Source: an uncultured Planctomycetia bacterium (lineage in GTDB: Bacteria; Omnitrophota; Gorgyraeia; 2-02-FULL-51-18). Taken from it: DNA of 43,574 nucleotides. The notes under the pieces are model-generated. The model searched no databases. It was not told the DNA's origin and saw only the letters and a program-made list of their open reading frames with translations. How positions within the stretch are numbered: position 1 is the first letter of the stretch; every line of letters starts with the position of its first letter. The stretch is from assembly GCA_964497635.1 (NCBI GenBank), contig CAZCDB010000004.1:1-43574 (forward strand), in the 5' to 3' direction. This document shows, one piece after another, positions 9,299 through 17,563 of the stretch. Position numbers and translations under genes: made by a program.

Positions 9299-12200
9299 TT
9301 AAGCCGCGATGTCCAGAGCTCGCATCATGCGCTCAAGACGTAGCGCTTGCTCAAGCGTCACACGTACCAGAGGCACAGCCCAAGCCTGAATCCATCCTTG
9401 GGCGTTTTGGACTTCACCGCTTAAAAACGCGATGATGGCCGGGCGGGCATCTCCGGTATCAACACCCACAGGGAAGAAAGAAACGTGCTGGGCAACAAAT
9501 GCCGCCGAGGGATCCTTGGGATTTTGTAAAGATGCTGTTAGGGTGTGGAAAATATCTCGGGTGTAAATGCTGGTCGCCTCTCCATCTTCGGTGAAGGCTT
9601 TGAACGGCAAGTACCCTTTGCCCTGCACAAGGCTGGAGAGATTTGCGGTGGATGCCATATTAAATTCTTCGGCCACCCGTCCGGTTGTGGGATCTACCAC
9701 CTTCTCATCCATCCCCACGACAACATTTTTTGAAGATAAAATGTTCAAAAACACTTGGACCGTTTTATCCGCAAGCAATTCTCTGCCGATCTCGACGCGA
9801 AAGCGGAAATTGGAAACATCTTTCGCGTTTGAGATCTGAAGAAGCGCAAACAACTGACCCACCAACAACTGCTTCTGGCGCTCCAAAGACTGGACTTGCC
9901 CCACGCGATCAGCAATTCGAATCACACGAAGCGCGTTGGTCTTGAGAACCGCTGTCTCTTCTAAGGTGGCATCAAAGAGCCCAGCAGCTGCCTGGATCTG
10001 AGCCTGGCTTCTTTGGGAAACCTGTGTTAAGGCTTCGGTGTCCTGATCCTTCTCATCCACTGCCTTTTGGTCCCTGTCTGTCGGGGCGTACAAAAGCTCA
10101 GCTCCATCCGTACCACCCACAAACACATTGCCCCTACCATCAGGCCTGGCCGATACGGAAAAGTCTCTCGTCCCCGATGCCAAAGCAATGGCCGCACTTG
10201 GCAACCCGCTTTGCGCAATGGCGGTCAAAACAGCTCCATTACCAGCAAGAGTCAAAAATGGTTGTACAGACACCCTTCCAACAGGGGCTGGTAAAGTAGC
10301 GTTGGCCGCAAATCTAATACCCGTCGGCTTCGTCGATGACTCAAAACGCTTTGCAGCTGATGGAGACGCCAAGCGTGCCGCAGCAATGGCGGCTTGCACA
10401 GTGTCAATGGTGCTCTTTTCAGCAACCCTAAAAGCCTCTGCCCCATCTTTTAAAAGCCTATCTCCAACCGCATCGATTGAAGTGTTGTTGGGACCTAAAA
10501 CCAGCTCGTTCAAATCCAAAAGCACCTGATCCGCGGTAATCGTGTCCTCACTATCCAGCTCACGGCCATCTCGCAGCAGAATCTGGCGCCAGACATCGTG
10601 ATTGTCAGCGGTTTGAATAAGCTTTGGTAGACCCTTGCGGACCAACTGCTTGTCCGCTACATTTTGCAGTTGCTCATCCGACTGAGATTCTACGTAAAGC
10701 GCCGTCGCTTCAAATGCATCTTGGGGAAGCGTGTTGAGATTTCTATCACCCAAAAGAGGCAATACGTAGCTCAAAGGATCGGCGTAGGGCTGTTTATCTT
10801 TCTTGGTGCCGCTTGAAGCGATCAGAAGTCTCTGTGGATTGGCACCTTGCAAACGAAGCGCGCTAAAACGTCCGCGGAGATCCTCGATTTTTTCAAGAGT
10901 CGCCGGATCCAAAAGACCCGGTTGAAGAGCAAGGTTTTCGTTTGAATAAATGGACTGAATCACGCGGTAAGCCAGCTGAGTTTGCGCAATCGCCACTTTG
11001 CCACGAAGCATGCTGATTCTCTCCTTTATTTCTGGCGTGCTAGCATCTCCCTCTGCTTTTAGGATCAGAGGATCCACAGCGATATCCACCCGGCTCACAA
11101 AAAGCGAAAGCACGGAATGAATATTGGCTAGAGGATTGCCATCCACATTTCGATTTTCAAGACCTTGGATATAAGCTTCAATGTTGTCTAGAACATGCTG
11201 GGCCGTAAAAAGCAACGTCACATTGACGCTGATCCCCTCACGAGTTGCAAGCTCAACAGCCTGGACCCCAACCTTACGGTCTGCGTCAACAACATTTCCG
11301 ATCTTAACGTAACCAAATACGCCATTGGCTCTAAAATTCTCATGAATGGTGCGTGCCTCCGCCAAGAGCTCTTGAGGATCCAGGGTATTTGGCGAGGTTT
11401 CATGTGAAGCTCGGCCTTTGTTGACTCTTAAAAGCTGGGCAGCTTGAACAGCCACTTTGGCGTACAAGGCCAAATAAATATCGCGAGCGCTATTGCCAGC
11501 TGCTTTGCCAGTCATCGCCTGTTGATAGATTTCAGATTTTGGATCTGAAATATACTTTTTGATCACCGCATCAATAAGACTTTGATTGGTCGTAATATCT
11601 TGAGCACCCAACTCTTCAATAAAAATTCGGACATAATCCTGCCACGAAAGATTGGGGTCTCTAAGACGCTCCTGAAGAAGCTGGTTTAGCTGCGGGCTGT
11701 TGATCTTAGAGGGTACGCCATCCAGAACAAAGGCATCATGATGAAGGCCGTTGGACTGAAGCCGTGTCAGCCTCAAAACAGAAGTTTTCGGAAGATCTTT
11801 TGCTGGAATAAATATGCGCGGCGTCCAAAAGAAGCCATTCTGGTCAAGCTCTTCAAACGCAGCCTCTGCCGCAGCCTCCGCAAACGAAGCAGAAGACGTT
11901 TTTAATTTAAAACTGATGTAGCTCTGAGGAGTCAATTCCCCATTCTGAGCTTGGGCCAAAAGCTTGGGCTCTAAGATCACATTTTCATAAATAACTTGAG
12001 CATTCGGACTAAGGGCCAAGCGTGCCGCAACAGCTTGAGTTATTTCCTTCTTGATCTGTCTTATTTCTTTGACAGGAACCCCAAGAACCGTCCAGAACTT
12101 TTTGTTCTGTACAGCTTCTTCCAGCTGCTGATAGTTGTGATAAACAATCCCGTCTCGACCTAGATTTGAAAGGATCCACGCCAAAGAAATAATCCGGGCT

Positions 12201-15200
12201 TTTTCTTCGGGGGATTTATCAGGCGCCAGAACTTTATCAATGCTGGATAACTCGTTGATCGTTTGTACATCGGTACCCACTGGATGAAATATTTTGCTGG
12301 CAGTGATAAATAGGGGGTTTTCACCGGGGACATCCAAAAGATAAGAAGCCTGCCTTTGGGCTTTGATGACCGCTTCTATATTTTCGAATTTTTTTCCTTC
12401 CCACTGGGAGGTTAACTGCTTAACAATAATCACTCTTAAGGACTCCTTGGGATCTGATTGAGTGACTGCATTTAAGATATCCACAAAAGGAACTTTGTAA
12501 GCATCCAACCATGTACCGCGACCAGAAAAAGATCCTGTGGCTCCCTTGATATTCTTAGCAAAAAGCTGGAAGCGGCGAGCAATCGTGCCTGGATTTCCAC
12601 CACTTAGCATGAACATCAGACGTTTGCCAACAAGGTCATTAAATATTTTAAGCCACTTTATTTGGAGTTTTTCATCCGCAATGTCGCTTCCGGGAAAATG
12701 CTCTTTATCGATATCGGCATCAATGCCAAGTCTGCGAATCGCTTGGATCATCTTGAGCGTGTTGTTGTAAGCCCATTCACGACCCTCAAAGGTTTCGAGG
12801 TATTTTTGACCATTAAGGGTTGGAACAGCATTGACAGCATCAAGATTGATTTCAGTGGATCCATCTGCCGCATAGCGACGGGTCTTAGCATGAAGCACTT
12901 CAGGGGTGACAAGAAAACCATTTTGATGGCCGATTTTAACGATATCTTTAACCGTTGTAAAAACAGGCTCAAGCCTCTCATCTGGCACAGAAGAATCCAA
13001 GTACACCATGATCTTGAGAGCTTTTATCTGCTGGATATGAGAAATGGCTTTTAAGAAATCATCCAGAGTTTTAAAACCAAGATCCTCGTGAAGAGTGCGA
13101 GGAGCGTTCCCAATCTCACGACCGGCCTCAGGCGCGCCATCCTTTAGGGCACCGTTGGGGGTTTTGCCGGATTCTAACTGAATAAAAAATTGGGAATCAG
13201 CGAACACAGGAAGATCTGGGTGAAGAATGATTGGCCCATACTCAGCCTCGGTAATCGCTCCCGCTTTTTGAGCGGCAATAATATCTGGGTGGCTGAGCGA
13301 AAGAAAAACATTATTTTTCACATAACCCATCATATTCTTCGGACTCACAAGAATCGCATGGTTATAGTCGGATATACCAGTAAACAAGCTGAGCTGGAGC
13401 TGCGGCTCGGTCAAACCAGAGCTTTTAAGCATCTCCCCTAGAAAATAAACAGCTCCCTGGTCGCCAGGGGTTACATTGCGATGACCCTCGGGCATCAAGC
13501 TCACGAGAGCTTTCCGCCGACCCTCACCAATCTGCTTCCACCAATCGGCGCCCTCGACATAAGGCCCATCGATGTGATCAAAAGGCTGACGTGCGAGACG
13601 AGCCGCAACAGTCGGAGCATAACTGCTTCTGGAAATATTCATACCGCGGCTATTCACAACAAGCGTTGAGACGTTGAGGCTGCCATTCAGCGATTCAACA
13701 CCGTTATCCGGAACAACTTGACCTTGTTCCGTTTTAAAAGTATTGGAAGAAGGAATGATGAAAGTCTGATAAAAATCAGCCGGAGGGACACTTTCAAGTG
13801 TAAATATTTTTTCTCCACTTTGAATGGCCTGGATATCCGCTTCACTGAAATAAGGTTGCTGGGTGGTCGGGTTGATGCGTGAACGAAGGGCTTCTAGATC
13901 TTCCGCTGAAAAAGCGAGTCGGTTATCCATATCTGTACTTGTCCGAGTGGACGAAGTTTTGACATAAACACCACTGCCCGCGGCTGTCTCCTTAACACCA
14001 TAGAAGCCTTGGTCTGAAACAATCTGTGCCACGCCTTTTGCGCCGCTCGAGGCTAGATTTCCTGCCGCTTGAAATGCGCTCATCGTCTCGGTGGCACCAG
14101 CAATTTGGCCGTAAACATGGCGGTCGTCAATAGCCGCGATCAACTGCGGAGTAATGGACCCTGATCCATACGTCGGCACCTTGACTCCCAAAGCGATCAG
14201 CTTTTTATACAACCGCTGATGCCGATGAGGTTTGGATCCATCCACAAGCTCTTTGCCCATGAGCTCAAAAGTGATCTCACTTAGAGGGATATTCGTTGCC
14301 GCAGAATGTGCTTTGAGCCAATCAATAACAGCATCTTCAAGAGAAAGCTTCCCGTCTCTTCCTACCTCAGCGGCATTGCGAGCAACTTTTGAAAAATCAA
14401 AAGTAACCGACCCTTTATAGACCAAAGCAAATGTTCGCAAAGTATCCGGAATAGGGATTATTTCTTTTGCGACCAAAATAACAGAGGTACCACGCCCTTC
14501 ATTTTTTGCAGGGTTTGTGGGATCAAAATTGGCCGTATTATTGGTGCCATCCAGCCCATCATTGCTGATCATGTAGGTAGCCGTGGACTTGCCGCTCACA
14601 GGCTCAAACCTTTCACCCTGTTCAATATAATAAGATCTTGGGTCTCCAACAAAATCAGCAACATCTTTCAACCCTTCAGAGTTGACCGCTACAAACGTGA
14701 CCTGAAACTGATCCGCGAGTCTTTGAAGACCTTCACGATGAATCCGTACCGCCAGCAAATCAAGAGTGTTTTTATCACCCTTTCCAATAAGACCGGACAA
14801 GTGAATCGCCAAGGCTGTTTCTTCTGTGATCTGACGCAGAGAAAATGGGATAAGATCCGCTGACTTAGGCGTTAGATTTGTAGCCAGACTATATTCGCTT
14901 GAACCAAGAGCAGGTGTTACCATCTGTCGCGCTCTTGCAATAATTTCATCAAAATCACTGGTCGTCCCAGGCTTGATAGCCGCAGGAACCACCGATCTAT
15001 TCCCTGGGGTCACCTGCAATGTTGGTGATGGCTCCCTTCCATCAATGAATGGGCTGGTATAATCGTTGGATCTCAGCGGAGATAACGTTCTAGGCAAACC
15101 GCTTGGAGCATTTTCTGGAGCAAAACGCTCTGGATCTTGCTCTGGATCTTCATCCGCCAACCTCGCCGCTGCAACTGATTTATCTACCAATCCCGCGACA

Positions 15201-16867
15201 GCCAACGAAAGTTTTGGGTTTCCGGCTTCCTCTACAAATCTTTGGGGAATCCGGTATGCTCCCGAAAACGTTCTCTGCCCGTCTATTCCGGCAATCAGGG
15301 CTTTTCCGTTAACCGTTCGCACGGTTTTGATGGGGCGCTTCAGAGGAGATAAAAGCACTTTCTCATATTTGGCCTGGTTGGTTTCAGAATTGACGTTGGG
15401 TGTGACCACGACATACGAATACCCTTTTTCTTTCAAAAGTTTTGCCAAGTGACGCGTATGATAACCGCCGGCGATGAGGGCGGCCATTTTAGAGCTCATC
15501 CCTTTTTCCAAATTTTTGATAAAAGCAAAATCTCTTTGATCCACCGCGCGATAAAATTTTTCGAGGGCAATACGACCTTCCTCAAGGTGTTTCTCAAGAG
15601 GGATCAAGCTATCGGTCAGGCCCTCTTCCAAAAGCGAGCGATTTAAAAAAGCTTGCCATGAAACGGTAGGAAAATCAGGAGTGTTCTCAAGAAAAGCAGT
15701 GAACTCATCCGACGTCATCTGAATGCGATAGGCTGTCTCTAAAAGACTCAAATATTGGTCAACCGCACGAAGCGTATGTGCAGCCTCATGAGTGAGAAGA
15801 CGCCCATAAACCACCTGCTCAAGTTTCTGGGACTGCTCAAGTAACTTCTCCATATCAAGCTTCGAAAACTTTTCCAAATAGGCCATGTAGCTCTGAAGCT
15901 TGGGTGTCGATGAAAGCGCGATATTCCGCTCTTTTGCCTGGGTAACGATTTTTTTAAGATACGCAAGCTGACCCACTCCCTTTTGCTTGGGCCCCATGGA
16001 CAATTCACGGGCAACATTTCCCGCGTCTGCAGCGCCAATCTTCTCCACTAGCGAAGCAAGCTCCAACTGCGCGAGGCTAAAATCAATCTTTTTTTCTTCG
16101 GTCAAAAGGACCGAAAGCCCGACAACTTCTTTAAACTGAGAAAAGCCCACGCCTTGTTTTTGCGCCACATCGACAAGTTTTTCGGGGGAGACGGTTCTGT
16201 TGGCCGACTTTTCATAAGATAACAAGGTGTATGGGTAGTGTCTTTTTTTAAGTTTTTCAACCGCCGTACGGGAGCTAGACAAATAATCAAGAATTTTTTC
16301 CCGCTGGTTGGCCAACTCAGCGTAGGCCTTTAAACCCTCCATGTACAAATCAAGATCCTCAACCCCTATCAACTTCATCGGCTGGGAAGACGTCAGATTG
16401 AGATATTCTTCCCCGGAAATTTCGGCATCACGTAAGTAACGGCCTGCGATACGTTTCATGGAAGAAGCGCTCATCAGCTCACGCAGAGGCCCCAAAGTCA
16501 CATCCCCACTTCCACCCTCGACAAAAACATCGGAGAACTGGTATCGATTCATCAGTTCTTCAAGAGTCTTGGCAAGATTCTCTTGTCCCGAAAGATTGGC
16601 ATGCGCATCCTGGATCAAAATCACAAGGGGTGCCGGGCTTCCGTTTTTTAGCGGGGCCTGGTAGCTTTCTTTATATTGACTGTACTGTGTCGGGACTTGA
16701 AAAGAAGACACATCGACAAAAGAAGAGGCTTTTGAAGACACCACGGGATTGGAAATTCCTGCGAGAGTGGCGGCCTGAGCTAAGTCAGAGACTGAAAAAG
16801 TAACGAGGAGTGCGAAGCTTAAAGACTTCACGATGGAGGAGGGACAAGACTTGTTTGATAGTTTCAT
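9299..16867 (-). CDS. Giant multidomain exported/membrane-associated protein 'B': N-terminal domain, then GlpX-like, LacD-aldolase-like and transaldolase-like modules, then a C-terminal domain
   Basis: Supplied ORF 9299..16879 (2526 aa). The track start at 16879 is a TTG. The ATG at 16865-16867 (MKLSNKS...) has GGAG 6 nt upstream, so I prefer it. The N-terminus ...SLSFALLVTFSVSDLAQA|A is signal-like. Confidence 0.9.
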   Translation of the reverse strand: MKLSNKSCPSSIVKSLSFALLVTFSVSDLAQAATLAGISNPVVSSKASSFVDVSSFQVPTQYSQYKESYQAPLKNGSPAPLVILIQDAHANLSGQENLAKTLEELMNRYQFSDVFVEGGSGDVTLGPLRELMSASSMKRIAGRYLRDAEISGEEYLNLTSSQPMKLIGVEDLDLYMEGLKAYAELANQREKILDYLSSSRTAVEKLKKRHYPYTLLSYEKSANRTVSPEKLVDVAQKQGVGFSQFKEVVGLSVLLTEEKKIDFSLAQLELASLVEKIGAADAGNVARELSMGPKQKGVGQLAYLKKIVTQAKERNIALSSTPKLQSYMAYLEKFSKLDMEKLLEQSQKLEQVVYGRLLTHEAAHTLRAVDQYLSLLETAYRIQMTSDEFTAFLENTPDFPTVSWQAFLNRSLLEEGLTDSLIPLEKHLEEGRIALEKFYRAVDQRDFAFIKNLEKGMSSKMAALIAGGYHTRHLAKLLKEKGYSYVVVTPNVNSETNQAKYEKVLLSPLKRPIKTVRTVNGKALIAGIDGQRTFSGAYRIPQRFVEEAGNPKLSLAVAGLVDKSVAAARLADEDPEQDPERFAPENAPSGLPRTLSPLRSNDYTSPFIDGREPSPTLQVTPGNRSVVPAAIKPGTTSDFDEIIARARQMVTPALGSSEYSLATNLTPKSADLIPFSLRQITEETALAIHLSGLIGKGDKNTLDLLAVRIHREGLQRLADQFQVTFVAVNSEGLKDVADFVGDPRSYYIEQGERFEPVSGKSTATYMISNDGLDGTNNTANFDPTNPAKNEGRGTSVILVAKEIIPIPDTLRTFALVYKGSVTFDFSKVARNAAEVGRDGKLSLEDAVIDWLKAHSAATNIPLSEITFELMGKELVDGSKPHRHQRLYKKLIALGVKVPTYGSGSITPQLIAAIDDRHVYGQIAGATETMSAFQAAGNLASSGAKGVAQIVSDQGFYGVKETAAGSGVYVKTSSTRTSTDMDNRLAFSAEDLEALRSRINPTTQQPYFSEADIQAIQSGEKIFTLESVPPADFYQTFIIPSSNTFKTEQGQVVPDNGVESLNGSLNVSTLVVNSRGMNISRSSYAPTVAARLARQPFDHIDGPYVEGADWWKQIGEGRRKALVSLMPEGHRNVTPGDQGAVYFLGEMLKSSGLTEPQLQLSLFTGISDYNHAILVSPKNMMGYVKNNVFLSLSHPDIIAAQKAGAITEAEYGPIILHPDLPVFADSQFFIQLESGKTPNGALKDGAPEAGREIGNAPRTLHEDLGFKTLDDFLKAISHIQQIKALKIMVYLDSSVPDERLEPVFTTVKDIVKIGHQNGFLVTPEVLHAKTRRYAADGSTEINLDAVNAVPTLNGQKYLETFEGREWAYNNTLKMIQAIRRLGIDADIDKEHFPGSDIADEKLQIKWLKIFNDLVGKRLMFMLSGGNPGTIARRFQLFAKNIKGATGSFSGRGTWLDAYKVPFVDILNAVTQSDPKESLRVIIVKQLTSQWEGKKFENIEAVIKAQRQASYLLDVPGENPLFITASKIFHPVGTDVQTINELSSIDKVLAPDKSPEEKARIISLAWILSNLGRDGIVYHNYQQLEEAVQNKKFWTVLGVPVKEIRQIKKEITQAVAARLALSPNAQVIYENVILEPKLLAQAQNGELTPQSYISFKLKTSSASFAEAAAEAAFEELDQNGFFWTPRIFIPAKDLPKTSVLRLTRLQSNGLHHDAFVLDGVPSKINSPQLNQLLQERLRDPNLSWQDYVRIFIEELGAQDITTNQSLIDAVIKKYISDPKSEIYQQAMTGKAAGNSARDIYLALYAKVAVQAAQLLRVNKGRASHETSPNTLDPQELLAEARTIHENFRANGVFGYVKIGNVVDADRKVGVQAVELATREGISVNVTLLFTAQHVLDNIEAYIQGLENRNVDGNPLANIHSVLSLFVSRVDIAVDPLILKAEGDASTPEIKERISMLRGKVAIAQTQLAYRVIQSIYSNENLALQPGLLDPATLEKIEDLRGRFSALRLQGANPQRLLIASSGTKKDKQPYADPLSYVLPLLGDRNLNTLPQDAFEATALYVESQSDEQLQNVADKQLVRKGLPKLIQTADNHDVWRQILLRDGRELDSEDTITADQVLLDLNELVLGPNNTSIDAVGDRLLKDGAEAFRVAEKSTIDTVQAAIAAARLASPSAAKRFESSTKPTGIRFAANATLPAPVGRVSVQPFLTLAGNGAVLTAIAQSGLPSAAIALASGTRDFSVSARPDGRGNVFVGGTDGAELLYAPTDRDQKAVDEKDQDTEALTQVSQRSQAQIQAAAGLFDATLEETAVLKTNALRVIRIADRVGQVQSLERQKQLLVGQLFALLQISNAKDVSNFRFRVEIGRELLADKTVQVFLNILSSKNVVVGMDEKVVDPTTGRVAEEFNMASTANLSSLVQGKGYLPFKAFTEDGEATSIYTRDIFHTLTASLQNPKDPSAAFVAQHVSFFPVGVDTGDARPAIIAFLSGEVQNAQGWIQAWAVPLVRVTLEQALRLERMMRALDIAA
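10367..10381 (-). other. [AG]ARL[AS] boundary motif, copy B4 (AARLA)
   Basis: gcg gca cgc ttg gcg (residues 2167-2171). Context AAIAAARLASPS, directly after the transaldolase-like module. Confidence 0.8.
10400..11512 (-). other. Type-2 (long) transaldolase-like module inside ORF B
   Basis: GRASHETSP, GYVKIG (Schiff-base Lys context), EGISVNVTLLFTAQ, HSVLSLFVSRVD, RGKVAIAQTQLAY, GANPQRLLIASSGTK, PYADPLSYV and NLNTLP appear in the same order as in actinobacterial-type transaldolases (recalled from memory). Confidence 0.8.
12014..12028 (-). other. [AG]ARL[AS] boundary motif, copy B3 (AARLA)
   Basis: gcg gca cgc ttg gcc (residues 1618-1622). Context TQAVAARLALSP. Confidence 0.8.
12320..13072 (-). 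other. Class I (LacD/tagatose-bisphosphate-type) aldolase-like TIM-barrel module inside ORF B
   Basis: By-eye match to LacD segments. ALKIMVYLD matches AVKFLLYYD. GFLVTPEVL matches PFFLEVLTY. IDADIDKEHFP matches VDVLKVEVP (Lys). LMFMLSGGNPGTIARRFQLFAKNIKGATGSFSGRGTW matches [37 protein letters not shown]. Confidence 0.55.
13592..13606 (-). other. [AG]ARL[AS] boundary motif, copy B2 (AARLA)
   Basis: gcg gct cgt ctc gca (residues 1092-1096). Context APTVAARLARQP, directly after the GlpX-like module. Confidence 0.8.
13616..14830 (-). other. Class II fructose/sedoheptulose-bisphosphatase (GlpX)-like module inside ORF B, with insertions
   Basis: TEETALAIHLSGLIGKGDKNTLDLLAV matches GlpX ESAALAGYKWLGRGDKNTADGAAV. 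ISNDGLDGT matches AVDPIEGT. KPHRHQRLYKKLIALGVKV matches KPRHDAVIAEMQQLGVRV. YGQIAGATET matches YGIGGAPEG. STLVVNSRGMNISR matches TETLLIRGKSRTIRR. Confidence 0.65.
15155..15169 (-). other. [AG]ARL[AS] boundary motif, copy B1 (AARLA)
   Basis: gcg gcg agg ttg gcg (residues 571-575). Context KSVAAARLADED, at the end of the N-terminal domain. Confidence 0.8.
15272..16708 (-). repeat. Paralogous N-terminal domain, copy in ORF B (partner 7661..9097)
   Basis: See the partner entry. The order is the same and there are very few indels. Confidence 0.9.
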
Positions 16868-16960
16868 TAGAATCTCCAATTTAATGCAGGTTTACAATGA
16901 AAGATAGTGGAATTGTACATGAGGCTTCCTCACAAAACAAGAGCAGAAAAGTTAAAAATT

Positions 16961-17563
16961 TTACTTTTTTTTAAAAAATAAGATTATCTTTTTTTTAGCT
17001 TTACTAAGCGCTTTTGAGCGATGGCTAATTTTATTTTTCAAGTCTTGTGACATTTCGGCAAAAGTTTTTTTACTGCCTGACGGAACAAAAACTGGATCAT
17101 ACCCAAAACCATGTTCGCCCCGAGGCTCGGTGGCAATATGTCCGTGGCATTCCCCTCTCACACAAGCCACAAATTTTCCACGATCGTAGAGCGCCATACA
17201 AGAAACAAACTTCGCCTTACGCGAAATACCCGGCTTCTTAGCCAAAAGATTTAAAAGTTTTTTGTTGTTGTCCTGATAGCTGCAGTCCTCCCCCGCAAAC
17301 CGTGCCGAATAAACCCCCGGCTTGCCGTTGAGTGCGTGAACCATAAGTCCCGTGTCATCCGCTAGTACAACACTTTGGGTAAAAAGAGAATAGGCTCGTG
17401 CCTTTTTGCGAGCGTTGGCTTCCAAAGTCTTGCCATCCTCCACCGCCTCAGGACAACCCGGAAACTCCGCCAGAGACCGTACGCAAATCTTGCTTGCCTT
17501 TAACAAGGCTGAGATTTCGCGTAGCTTGCCTTTATTGTGCGTGCCCAGAACAAGTTCCTTCAT
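16961..17563 (-). CDS. rdgB: Non-canonical purine NTP pyrophosphatase (RdgB/HAM1 family)
   Basis: 200 aa. Carries THNKGKLREI, VLADDTGL, GKPGVYSARFAG, EPRGEHGFGYDPVF and KNKISHRSKA, which are typical family motifs. Confidence 0.9.
   Translation of the reverse strand: MKELVLGTHNKGKLREISALLKASKICVRSLAEFPGCPEAVEDGKTLEANARKKARAYSLFTQSVVLADDTGLMVHALNGKPGVYSARFAGEDCSYQDNNKKLLNLLAKKPGISRKAKFVSCMALYDRGKFVACVRGECHGHIATEPRGEHGFGYDPVFVPSGSKKTFAEMSQDLKNKISHRSKALSKAKKKIILFFKKK

Noticed and set aside
9545-15646. Many plus-strand ORFs of 60-130 aa inside the giant gene B (for example 10128..10529, 12662..13054 and 15066..15452), and similar ones inside gene A (for example 1661..2035 and 6851..7162).
   Set aside because: All are antisense or out-of-frame shadows of a continuous, motif-rich minus-strand reading frame. 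Their translations are low-complexity, they have no RBS, and they have no recognisable motifs.
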